A stretch of DNA of 64,000 nt, from IMG/VR virus record IMGVR_UViG_3300031416_000001; one strand, given 5' to 3'. This document shows positions 7,792 to 16,511 of this stretch, one piece after another. Below the pieces are notes generated by a model that saw only the letters and a program-made list of their open reading frames with translations, was not told the origin of the DNA and made no database searches. Origin of the DNA: a virus. Each line of letters opens with the position of its first letter. Positions within the stretch are counted from its first letter, which is position 1. Both the position numbers and the translations under genes were made by a program.

Positions 7792-9521
7792 TGTCTGACG
7801 AATTAGATCAAAAGATTGCTGCCGCTGCGGCCGCCGCGCAACCTGTGGATCAGACCCCGGTTCAAAAGAAACCGGTTACGCACCAGGACATCCAAACCGC
7901 AGAGAACACCGTTGCGTTTGATATCCTCCCCCCGCGTTCTCAGGTCACAGGTCAGTTTGATAAAAATGCCCCAGGCACCGTTTACATCAACGGCTTTATC
8001 GGTCTGAACAAAGACTCGTATGATCGTGTGTCAAATGAACAGGAACTCTGGCAGAACTACATCGCTGCTCAGCAGATGGGCATGATGTCGGACAAAGAGC
8101 TGCAGAAAGAAGGCGTAAGTCGTTCACAGATTGCTGCTCAGCTGGCCGTGTGGGAAGAGTACGTCGCCAAGAACATGCCGGATGTTGATATCGCTGTAGT
8201 GAACGAGCGTCAGCGTACCATCTTTGCATTCATCACCAACCTGGCGGACCCACTGCTGTTGCATTACCCTATCACGCGTGAAAAGGGTTTGACCAACGTC
8301 ATGCAGCGCACCTCCTCGCTGGCCACCGGCGGTCTTAACGGTTTAGTGCCAAGCCGTGATCGCGGTAAGTTCAGCCTGAGTGATTACATGCGTCGTACTG
8401 CACTGTCAGTAAGCAACGACCCGTACAACTATGACCTGCTGCTGCGCAACTCTTTCCTGGCGTTCCGCTTTGCTAAACCTGACCGTCTGGAAGCGGGTGA
8501 GCTGATTGCTAACGTTGCGAAAGCCGTGCGTGGTCACGTTCGTACGGTTTCTCAGAACCTGCCTGCTCTGGCTAACATTGCGGCGATTCGTGAAGTCTGG
8601 AAGTTCATTTGTAAGAAGATCATTATGTGTTCTACCAAAGACACCAATGACTTCGATGAGCTGGCGGATATCATTCGTATCACTGACATCAACGTCATGG
8701 GCGCTGCCCTGCTTGAGCTGTTCTATCCTCAGGGTGTGAACTTCAACCTGCACTGCCTGGCGAAAGACAGCTGTAACTGGTCAAGCCAGGACGTTATCGA
8801 TCCAAGCCTGCTGACTATTGATCGTAAGTGGCTGGATACCGCAGAAGAAGCGGCTGCGCTGGCGAACATGAACAACTTCTCTCGCAAGTATTCTCGCGAA
8901 GAGTCGCTGGCGTTCATCGACAACACCAACTACCAGCACGATATCGAGCCGGTGTGGAACGAGCAGAAAACTGCCTGCTTTATCCTGGGTGTGCCGTCAC
9001 TGACCGAAAGCTTTGAAGCGGAAGAGTTCTTTGCCAACATTGTGCAGAAAGAACTGAACACCATTCGCGAAACCTCAATGACGGAAGAAGAATATGTCAA
9101 CCGTCGTGAAGAGTTCCTGAATGGCCTGGTCGGTACTGACTACCTGCATTACATCGCTGAATACCGCATCATGCCGCCGGCGGGTACTGACGGTGAACCG
9201 GTGATCCTTCGTCGTCGTGAAGAAGATCCAACTGAGTTCAACAAAGGTATCCTCAAGATCATCATGGAAAACGACGTGATGGCAACGAACCTGGTAGCGG
9301 CTGTGATCAAGCACTATCCGTTCATGAGCCGTACCTTTGTGGGTCTGGCAAACTATGCATGTGAAAACTGCAAAGGTCAGAGCGATGCCTATGAAGACCT
9401 GGGCTACACGCCTATCAACATCGTGTCGGCGTTTTTTACCCTAGCCAACCTGATGTATACTGGACGGTCGAAGGTTGGCGAGAATGCAAGGCAAGAAGCC
9501 CTCTCGGGACTTTCTCGATAG
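7791..9521 (+). CDS. abundant-type hypothetical protein, 576 aa; speculative nuclear-shell (chimallin-like) candidate
   Basis: Very strong preferred-codon bias. Low-complexity N-terminus (AAAAAAAQPVDQTPVQKKP) and a flexible-looking C-terminus. Translationally coupled to 7084..7791. No diagnostic motif, so the assignment rests on size and context only. Confidence 0.3.
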   Translation: MSDELDQKIAAAAAAAQPVDQTPVQKKPVTHQDIQTAENTVAFDILPPRSQVTGQFDKNAPGTVYINGFIGLNKDSYDRVSNEQELWQNYIAAQQMGMMSDKELQKEGVSRSQIAAQLAVWEEYVAKNMPDVDIAVVNERQRTIFAFITNLADPLLLHYPITREKGLTNVMQRTSSLATGGLNGLVPSRDRGKFSLSDYMRRTALSVSNDPYNYDLLLRNSFLAFRFAKPDRLEAGELIANVAKAVRGHVRTVSQNLPALANIAAIREVWKFICKKIIMCSTKDTNDFDELADIIRITDINVMGAALLELFYPQGVNFNLHCLAKDSCNWSSQDVIDPSLLTIDRKWLDTAEEAAALANMNNFSRKYSREESLAFIDNTNYQHDIEPVWNEQKTACFILGVPSLTESFEAEEFFANIVQKELNTIRETSMTEEEYVNRREEFLNGLVGTDYLHYIAEYRIMPPAGTDGEPVILRRREEDPTEFNKGILKIIMENDVMATNLVAAVIKHYPFMSRTFVGLANYACENCKGQSDAYEDLGYTPINIVSAFFTLANLMYTGRSKVGENARQEALSGLSR

Positions 9522-9544
9522 AGAATGACCAATACCGATCGCTT

Positions 9545-9955
9545 GTGAATAACCTGTTGGGTAAGGACACCCGGCACGTTTCACGGGATAGGATGATTTT
9601 CCATTCGCGTCTTTTATATCAGGTGCGGATGGGATACGTGGATTTAGAACACCCGCGTGCTCATCAATCCATTGCCTACAACGTTGAGGAACATCTGTAC
9701 GACCATGATTTGTCTGTCCGCTCTATTGGACGTGGTTATGCCATGCGACGACTCAAGGACCAGATGCCTCTCGAGCTTTACCTTCATTTACCCATTGACC
9801 ACTCTGAGATGTTAATCGAAGGGATGTTGATGGGTGAAGAAGAACGTGCCAACATGGAGAAGCTAGCAGCAGAACGTGCCGCTAGTGAAGAAGAGACACG
9901 TAAAGCAAAAGCCGCCCAAGGTTTTAACGACATTCATGAAAACAACAATCAGTGA
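9545..9955 (+). CDS. hypothetical protein, up to 136 aa (GTG start; alternative ATG at 9629 preceded by AGGTG)
   Basis: Track ORF. Charged C-terminal helix (EEERANMEKLAAERAASEEETRKAKAA). Start uncertain. Confidence 0.55.
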   Translation: MNNLLGKDTRHVSRDRMIFHSRLLYQVRMGYVDLEHPRAHQSIAYNVEEHLYDHDLSVRSIGRGYAMRRLKDQMPLELYLHLPIDHSEMLIEGMLMGEEERANMEKLAAERAASEEETRKAKAAQGFNDIHENNNQ

Positions 9956-9969
9956 GGGCTTCGGCCTTC
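9954..9969 (+). terminator. short hairpin terminator (TTCG loop)
   Basis: GAGGGC-TTCG-GCCTTC overlapping the stop at 9953-9955, then ATTGATTTT. Confidence 0.5.
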
Positions 9970-9974
9970 ATTGA

Positions 9975-9981
9975 TTTTATG
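9975..9981 (+). promoter_or_regulatory. TTTTATG motif, candidate phage late promoter/TSS element
   Basis: Lies directly after the terminator and 27 nt upstream of ATG 10008. Member of a recurrent intergenic motif. Confidence 0.4.
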
Positions 9982-10007
9982 TCACGTTTCCCCCTATCGA
10001 GGTTTAT

Positions 10008-10574
10008 ATGAAGAGCGATGCTTACAACGCACCGGAAATCGAAGAGCTGGTAGTTGCACAGCCCGTCGAAACCCCAAAAGTGCAAGAGCCAATTACCATC
10101 AAGGCCATTGCCGCAGAAGTTGAACAAACCAGTAACGAGAAGTTCTGGCGTAATGAAGTGGATATCTATTTCCGCTACCTGAACGGTGAACGTGGTTACA
10201 GCAAAGACGCTGATCGTTTAACCAACAACATCGGCTTTATGCAGCGTACCGGCACCATGCTGAGCTACGACTACAAGGAGTTCGAAGATTGTATCCTGTA
10301 TCTGATTCAGAAACTGCGTAACAATCCCAAGGCTTCTGCTGATGGTCGCTTCTTCCGCTTCCTGGAAGGCTGTGAGATCACCTATTCTCATACCGCCATG
10401 GCACAGTACCGTTTACTGATGAGCTGGTGTATCCGTGTTGCAGGCTCCTGGCCGACGCGTGTTAAACTGGCCAAAGGTACCGACATCGAAACAATGATCG
10501 TGGGTATGCGTACCGAAGCCAAAGATAACCTGAACCTGTTTGTCCGTAAGATGGCGAACTTTGCTATTCAGTAA
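10008..10574 (+). CDS. hypothetical protein, 188 aa
   Basis: Track ORF with a GAGG RBS, bounded by terminators. Confidence 0.8.
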   Translation: MKSDAYNAPEIEELVVAQPVETPKVQEPITIKAIAAEVEQTSNEKFWRNEVDIYFRYLNGERGYSKDADRLTNNIGFMQRTGTMLSYDYKEFEDCILYLIQKLRNNPKASADGRFFRFLEGCEITYSHTAMAQYRLLMSWCIRVAGSWPTRVKLAKGTDIETMIVGMRTEAKDNLNLFVRKMANFAIQ

Positions 10575-10590
10575 CTGACGTGCATAAACA

Positions 10591-10618
10591 CTACCTCTAC
10601 CCGCAAGGGTAGAGGTAG
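10591..10618. terminator. bidirectional hairpin terminator
   Basis: 12-bp stem CTACCTCTACCC-GCAA-GGGTAGAGGTAG between convergent genes. T-run downstream. Flanked by CATA (10583) and TATG (10620). Confidence 0.75.
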
Positions 10619-10633
10619 GTATGTCTTTCTTTT

Positions 10634-12397
10634 TTATTCTACTTCTACATCTTCATCGGTTAATGACTGCATGAACTTCGGCATCAACTCCTGCTGAACC
10701 ATGATCTCTTCAAACTTCTCAATCACGGTGTCATAGCTTGGGAAGTTAAACAGTTCTTCGCACAGCATGACCGCATTGGCTTCTGGACTACTTGCATAGT
10801 TCACGGCGATCTCACGCTGCTTCAACGGATCCTTGCCTTGAATTCGCACTACCTCAATCTGTGTGGTGTAGTTCGATACGTTCTCTGTTACCGTTGCGTA
10901 AGGATATGCCCCGGCTACGTCAACGTCCGATACCGCAGAACGACCATTACTGTAAACATCGTACAGACCATCAAACAGAATATAACCTTTACTGGCGTTC
11001 TTCTCAGTTTCCAGCAAGGCAATCCAGTCACCCAAGGTTGGCAACATGTCTGCGAACTCACTCTTACCACCGCCGGCACAACCCCATACATAACCGTTGT
11101 CACGTGCAATATAAGCAAGTGCATCGGAGATGATACGTGGCTGACTTGGATAGTTGAAGTACTCAGATGCTTTGGTCAACAGTGGGAAGGACATCGACAG
11201 ATCCAGTGTCTTGTCGTTCAGGTCTTCAATGACCCAGTTATCCTTGATGTTGTACATGGAGTAGATGAACTTGTGGTTCTTCTGCATGTGACGGTGCCAG
11301 TCCGCTTTACCTTCAATGAGGTGACTGCCTTCATCAGTATAAAGCTTACCATCCACCCCTTCACGCTTCGCACAGTCATTCAACGCGTAAGAGTCCAACT
11401 TGCCACTTGGTGCGCGCTTAATCGCATAGAAGCTCATGAAGTCAAGCCACTGCCATTTCGCCATACAACGAATCGTTGGGAACTTCTCTTGCGGTTCTAA
11501 CGGAGACTTGTCGCCATTCTCCTTGATCTTGTGTGTACGACCACGATCCAGACGATAGTGAGTAAACTCATCAGGAATACTTGGGTCACAGTAGATACGT
11601 TCCAGAGGACGACTGTCTGCGTTCAAGCCCTGTTCGTTTTTCTCCATATCGTAAGTTGCGTTCCATGAAGCCACTAAATCAGGACTCCACATATGGAAAC
11701 GCTTTACGCAGTTCTCAACAACTTGACCTGGTGTATCAAAAATCTCGTACTCAAAGACCGTGATGCCGCGATTACGCTTCTCTTCAGCAAACCGTTTCTC
11801 TTCTTCTTCAGCCAGACCTTTTAAGATCTCGTCATCAGACAACCCATCCCACCAACTACGAACAGTGGCAAAGTAAACCTTGTCACGCATGGTCACAGAC
11901 GCCATCATGACCGGCTCACCTTTCTTGGTCATGTCGGTTTCAACGTCGTAGGCCGCGACGGTAAAACGTTCGGTCTGTTGGTACTCTTCATACTTATCAA
12001 AGAAACGCTGCTTGATAAACACCGGTGCTGATTGGTCACAACCAAAGACATACGGGTTACTTAATACCTGACGCAAGTTGGCTTTTGGATCAGGAGAACC
12101 GTGTAAGACCTTGGTGATCATGTAAGCTAATTTGGCGGTGTTACTTTTAAACTGTTTGCACTTCTTGGCTTCAATATAGTCTTTCTGCTGTTTAAACTTC
12201 CGGTGCTCCGGTTTAACAATCCAGAAGGGTTGCTGGAAATTCTTCATTAAAGTGTAATCTTCACTACGACTACCGTCCGCGTGTACGTTGGTTATTTTAA
12301 TTGCGGTTAGGTCGTCGAAGCGCTCGGCTTTACTAAAACCTTGGTGAACGTGTTTACAAACACGCCCCACGATAGGCGATTTAACGGTATCTGCCAT
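10634..12397 (-). CDS. family-B DNA polymerase, N-terminal part only (3'-5' exonuclease domain plus palm motif A), 587 aa
   Basis: ExoI FTVAAYDVETD (D151/E153). ExoII WNATYDM (N246..D250). ExoIII YNIKD (Y382..D386). Motif A DVAGAYPY (D493) with the same spacing as DxxSLYPS. The ORF ends ~87 aa later, with no KxxxNSxYG or DTD motifs. Confidence 0.75.
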   Translation of the reverse strand: MADTVKSPIVGRVCKHVHQGFSKAERFDDLTAIKITNVHADGSRSEDYTLMKNFQQPFWIVKPEHRKFKQQKDYIEAKKCKQFKSNTAKLAYMITKVLHGSPDPKANLRQVLSNPYVFGCDQSAPVFIKQRFFDKYEEYQQTERFTVAAYDVETDMTKKGEPVMMASVTMRDKVYFATVRSWWDGLSDDEILKGLAEEEEKRFAEEKRNRGITVFEYEIFDTPGQVVENCVKRFHMWSPDLVASWNATYDMEKNEQGLNADSRPLERIYCDPSIPDEFTHYRLDRGRTHKIKENGDKSPLEPQEKFPTIRCMAKWQWLDFMSFYAIKRAPSGKLDSYALNDCAKREGVDGKLYTDEGSHLIEGKADWHRHMQKNHKFIYSMYNIKDNWVIEDLNDKTLDLSMSFPLLTKASEYFNYPSQPRIISDALAYIARDNGYVWGCAGGGKSEFADMLPTLGDWIALLETEKNASKGYILFDGLYDVYSNGRSAVSDVDVAGAYPYATVTENVSNYTTQIEVVRIQGKDPLKQREIAVNYASSPEANAVMLCEELFNFPSYDTVIEKFEEIMVQQELMPKFMQSLTDEDVEVE

Positions 12398-12414
12398 TTA
12401 TTATAGCCTCGACA

Positions 12415-12421
12415 TTTTATG
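12415..12421 (+). promoter_or_regulatory. TTTTATG motif, candidate late promoter
   Basis: In the divergent intergenic region, 54 nt upstream of ATG 12475. Confidence 0.35.
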
Positions 12422-12474
12422 TTCAATTCAAACTATGTAATATCCTTCTCAGTAATAAAATAAGGAACCTCTCC

Positions 12475-13827
12475 ATGTTCGGTATCGATTTTTTACGACA
12501 GGGGAAATTGTCGGGGTTAGAGTTCATGGACTTCGTGACCAACAATTTCGCCGATGAATTAACTGCTGCCATTGAACCCCACGTAACGATCAATCGTGCC
12601 GAAGAAACCGTGTTAAACGGTTCTGTGAAGGAAGCTATCCTGCCGGTCATTGAAAAGTACACTGGGTTCAAAAACATCACTGTGGAAATGATGGACTTCG
12701 CCAACTTCATGGTGGATGTCGGTTATCTCTCTCCAGGCAATATTTTGAACATCAAAGGTATTGAAGATTGGTTTGATGTTACTGACAGCACATTGAGTCA
12801 GTGGTACAGCAAGAACAAAGGCAAGATGTTTAAAGGTACTATTGACTACCGCACCGGTAAAGTCGGTGGCGCTTATGCTGAACTGCCTATCAAGCTCTAC
12901 CTGGGCCGTCCAGTGGGTGACATCTTTAAACGCAGTGAAGTCAAGAAGCTGAACATCAGCGTAGCGACCATGATTGCGGCGTGTATTGCGCATGAGATGG
13001 GACATTGTTTCTCTGCTTGCTCTACGGTAGATACCACAGCTAACGATAACTTCGTGATCCGTGGCGCGCTGGCAACCCTGGGTGCAGCCAACACCAAAGA
13101 GAAACGTGTCGCGGTTATCCGCAATGCGGCTGTGCTGTTGGGCGGGGACATCAATACCCGTGACAACGTGGAGGCCATGGTAGAAGACGAAGACCGTGTT
13201 AACGATATCGTCATCTATTTCAACGCGCTGATCTCTCGCCGCAACACCCGTCGTGCATTAAGCCTGGGTGTAGACCAGATGTCTTCTGAAGTACTGGCCG
13301 ACATGTACGCGATTCGCATGGGCTTTGATCGTGGCATTACTGCAACACTCAAGATCTTTGCTGCGGGTCGTGTAGGTAACATTGCACAATCCACCGGTGT
13401 GATGTCTCTGCTGGTTGCAATAGCCTTTATTCAGTTCGCTCCTATTGCGCCTCTGTTGTACTTGGGGATCATTGCCGCGGGCTTCCTGGTTAGTTTTGTT
13501 TTCGTCTACGGAGCGATGTCTTACTCTGGCGATTACAACAGTCCGTTCCGTCGTTTTGAAGATGCTGTGCGTCAGCTGATTGCCAAGCTCAAGACCATGG
13601 AGTTAACGGGTAAAGAGCGTTTGGAAATTGCAGAACGCGCTGCTGCACTGCTTAAACAGTGTGAAGAGCTTCGCCCGATTATTGCCGGTACCGTACTGGA
13701 CCGTGCACTGGGTCGTTTGATTCAGGGTTCTGATTTCAAATACCAGGAGTTCGAACACTTCTCACAGGTTATTGCCAACAATGAGTTGGAAATCCTGAAC
13801 GTCAAAATTGCCAACTTATCCGCATAA
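12475..13827 (+). CDS. M48/M56-like zinc metalloprotease with two C-proximal transmembrane helices, 450 aa
   Basis: HEMGH at aa 173-177 (nt 12991-13005). Downstream SSEVLADMYA (ExxAD third-ligand-type motif, E272). Hydrophobic stretch aa ~308-349 (GVMSLLVAIAFIQFAPIAPLLYLGIIAAGFLVSFVFVYGAM). AAGGAA RBS. Confidence 0.65.
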   Translation: MFGIDFLRQGKLSGLEFMDFVTNNFADELTAAIEPHVTINRAEETVLNGSVKEAILPVIEKYTGFKNITVEMMDFANFMVDVGYLSPGNILNIKGIEDWFDVTDSTLSQWYSKNKGKMFKGTIDYRTGKVGGAYAELPIKLYLGRPVGDIFKRSEVKKLNISVATMIAACIAHEMGHCFSACSTVDTTANDNFVIRGALATLGAANTKEKRVAVIRNAAVLLGGDINTRDNVEAMVEDEDRVNDIVIYFNALISRRNTRRALSLGVDQMSSEVLADMYAIRMGFDRGITATLKIFAAGRVGNIAQSTGVMSLLVAIAFIQFAPIAPLLYLGIIAAGFLVSFVFVYGAMSYSGDYNSPFRRFEDAVRQLIAKLKTMELTGKERLEIAERAAALLKQCEELRPIIAGTVLDRALGRLIQGSDFKYQEFEHFSQVIANNELEILNVKIANLSA

Positions 13828-13836
13828 GGAACCGTT

Positions 13837-14241
13837 ATGTCACACTTAGATCATGTCGTCCGCGTTAAACAGAAACTCGCTGAGTTGGGTGTAACGTGTC
13901 CTTTCAAACAGCGCGACCTTATTGATATCGCCTATAAGGATGCGTTGGTGGCTCATCACTTTACCGTGAACCCAACCTTTACCCTGACTGATAAAGAGCG
14001 TGATTGCTATCGTCAGCAGATCGACCGCTGGAATGCCGTGTCACCGATCGGTTATGACGCCATCTACTCCGGTGTAATCTCTACGCTGAACCTGCTGTAC
14101 GCCAGCCTGTCTACCACGGGTCGTACCACACAACCCCTGCTGGTGTTGGATGTAGAAGGTGGGCCGGTACTGAGCGAAGAGCAGAGCTACCGTGACCTCG
14201 TGGCTTACCTGCGTCAAGAGGTGAAAAAAGCCCATGAATAA
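13837..14241 (+). CDS. hypothetical protein, 134 aa
   Basis: Track ORF with an AAGGA RBS 6 nt upstream. 8-nt overlap with the next gene. Confidence 0.75.
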   Translation: MSHLDHVVRVKQKLAELGVTCPFKQRDLIDIAYKDALVAHHFTVNPTFTLTDKERDCYRQQIDRWNAVSPIGYDAIYSGVISTLNLLYASLSTTGRTTQPLLVLDVEGGPVLSEEQSYRDLVAYLRQEVKKAHE

Positions 14242-15751
14242 TACGGTTACCGTTGAGGGTCTGGGAAAGTCGGACCCCATTGACACCATCCGCTTTGATG
14301 AGGTTGATGAAGCCAGCATTGACATGACCGAGATCATTGACTACGACAAGCAGTTAAAGGTCCACAAGATCGTGTCGGGTGTAGAGAGCTTTGTTAGCAC
14401 AGGTAAGCTGGATGCAACCACTGCCCTGTACATGGGTGTTGCAACTCGCTCAACCAAGATGGATCCACTGGGTTCGGCTTACAACGCTCGCTTTGGCGGT
14501 GAAGGTTTCTTCCAAACCACCATGAAGGCGCTGGAAAATGGCATCCTGGCCGTGATTCGTTTTATCAAGAAGATCGCCCTGTGGGTCGTTGATAAGATTC
14601 AGATTCTGTTTGGTCTGAAACCAAGTGACCGTCAAGCTGCCGCGGTGAAAGAGAAGATGCCGGAAATCAAGCAACAGATCGGTGCCTATCTCCTGGCCAT
14701 GGGTTTCCCTGCACATCTGGTGGATCTTGAGAAGTTCCTGGAAGACATGCCTGATGGTCGCTACAACAAATCTCTGAAGTTCATGAGCACCAAACTGGTG
14801 AGCAAAGAACACTACCTGGAAAACTTCACGCAGATTCCAGGTCTGATTCAGGGTGTGTGTGCGGCTATCGCCAAAGGCACCAAGAAAGCCAAGCTGGCCA
14901 AGAAGCGCTTCTCTGAAAACCTGCAGTTCATTGTTCGCAAGAGCAAAGAGCCGGGGTTCGATTTCGATTATCAGGGCGGCGTTCTACGCGAAGACATGAT
15001 GGAAGTGATCCGTGCACTGAACTACAGCGAGATTACTCCGGGCTTGTCTAAGCTGCTGGGCGTGGTGATGCAGCAGACCTACAGTGAAGATGACTTTGCC
15101 AAACATTCTATTGAGATTGCGCAACAGATCACGGCATCGATCACAACTGCACAGCAGGCTGCTGATGTTCCGTTCCTGAAGAAGGTCGATCAGATTCTCG
15201 CTAAGACCACTATCGAGAACTTTGAACACTTGGCTGGCCAGAAGAAAGACATGCATGAAACGATGCGTGAACTGTTTAACTTCACCAGTGCTGATGAACT
15301 GTCCCAGATTACCATGCTGAGCAACCTCACTGGTGATGGTCGCTACCTTGGCTTCTATCAGCAGATGGCAGGTGCGGTTAACGTCTATACCAACTTCTCA
15401 AAAGTCACTGTGGAAATCCTGCGTCTTGCTGGTACCACCTTCAGTGACCTGGGCAACTGGTATGCCAAAGCCAATGCGTTTATGCTGGCAGCGGTAGCTA
15501 ACGACGTTCAGACCGTGGGCAAGATGATGCTGGAAGCACAGCAGCGTGCTATGCGTGAAGGTCGTCCATTTACCGTGGACATGTACCCGAACGGCGTACC
15601 AAAGCTGGTAGCAGTAACTGAAGCCGAAGCACAGACCGTGATGGAGAAAGCTGCTGATATCTCCGACCTGGTTATCGAAAACAACCTGCTTAACATCCGT
15701 ACCGCGGTAAACAACTTCGGTAAAGATGCGGGCCTGGGCAAGCTCTTGTAA
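14234..15751 (+). CDS. virion (head/internal) protein paralog family member, 505 aa
   Basis: Shares the family motif GGE-GFFQTTMKALENGILAVIRFIKKIALW with the genes at 24514-30954. Also contains SGVESF. Confidence 0.6.
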   Translation: MNNTVTVEGLGKSDPIDTIRFDEVDEASIDMTEIIDYDKQLKVHKIVSGVESFVSTGKLDATTALYMGVATRSTKMDPLGSAYNARFGGEGFFQTTMKALENGILAVIRFIKKIALWVVDKIQILFGLKPSDRQAAAVKEKMPEIKQQIGAYLLAMGFPAHLVDLEKFLEDMPDGRYNKSLKFMSTKLVSKEHYLENFTQIPGLIQGVCAAIAKGTKKAKLAKKRFSENLQFIVRKSKEPGFDFDYQGGVLREDMMEVIRALNYSEITPGLSKLLGVVMQQTYSEDDFAKHSIEIAQQITASITTAQQAADVPFLKKVDQILAKTTIENFEHLAGQKKDMHETMRELFNFTSADELSQITMLSNLTGDGRYLGFYQQMAGAVNVYTNFSKVTVEILRLAGTTFSDLGNWYAKANAFMLAAVANDVQTVGKMMLEAQQRAMREGRPFTVDMYPNGVPKLVAVTEAEAQTVMEKAADISDLVIENNLLNIRTAVNNFGKDAGLGKLL

Positions 15752-15764
15752 GGACGCGCTCACC

Positions 15765-16472
15765 ATGATTGTCAACCTCGAAAATATCCAGACGTTAACG
15801 GATGACCTCGAAAACACCCTGACCCGTACCCTGGGTTTTGAACTGCCCGCAGAATTGAGTTTTGAAGAAGCCATGCAGTTAGTGAGCACGATTCAGGACC
15901 CACTGCGTACACAGATCAAAGAACGCCTCACCACACGAACGTATGCCATTGACAGCAGTGACCTGCGTTGGACTATCCTGAACATCGTGGTGCGTTTCGG
16001 TGTGCGTTTCGGTGGCATGCGTGCGGTTGGGGAAGAAGTGTGTCAGGAGTTCTACGACGCATTATCTCAAACTGCTGACCGTGTGTTTGAGATGCTGCAG
16101 AACCCGGGCCGTGTTCCACCTACTCGTTATGGTTACTTGAAAAGTATCGTGGCGGGATTTGTGTGTGGCTTCCGTGACTACGACTGCAACCGCATCAAGT
16201 TTGTCAACAAGCAGAACTTCATTGTATTAGACGACGAGCAAGCCAGCCGTTACTACGGACCCAGCGGTGAGTTCTCGGGTATCAGTGAAGTGATCACGAA
16301 TGTGGCAAAAGAGTACTGCCTCACCGTGAACAATGCGTACAGTGGTTTACCGCGTCTGGTTGATCGCATGGCGTGGGTGGGAAACAAAGAGGACCTTCGG
16401 GATCTCAAAGTTCACCTGCAACAGCGTTTGTACCTGATTCGTGTATTCAACGAACTGTTAGACGACTTTTAA
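15765..16472 (+). CDS. hypothetical protein, 235 aa (track ORF trimmed to ATG 15765)
   Basis: ATG 15765 lies after the upstream stop at 15751, with AAGGA 10 nt upstream. Confidence 0.7.
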   Translation: MIVNLENIQTLTDDLENTLTRTLGFELPAELSFEEAMQLVSTIQDPLRTQIKERLTTRTYAIDSSDLRWTILNIVVRFGVRFGGMRAVGEEVCQEFYDALSQTADRVFEMLQNPGRVPPTRYGYLKSIVAGFVCGFRDYDCNRIKFVNKQNFIVLDDEQASRYYGPSGEFSGISEVITNVAKEYCLTVNNAYSGLPRLVDRMAWVGNKEDLRDLKVHLQQRLYLIRVFNELLDDF

Positions 16473-16477
16473 TAAAT

Positions 16478-16507
16478 AAACTACTACGCCCTAGGGCGTA
16501 GTAGTTT
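16478..16507. terminator. bidirectional hairpin terminator
   Basis: 13-bp stem AAACTACTACGCC / GGCGTAGTAGTTT between convergent genes. Confidence 0.75.
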
Positions 16508-16511
16508 ACCG

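Noticed and set aside
7791-9521. 576-aa protein as the missing RNAP beta C-terminal half (VMQRTS, YNYDLLL and LVPSRDRG resemble NMQRQA, YNFEDSI and GVPSRMNIG)
   Set aside because: The matches are short and not collinear, since VPSR lies before YNYD. The strongly conserved GRHGNKG and GGQRFGEME motifs are absent. The resemblance is probably chance.
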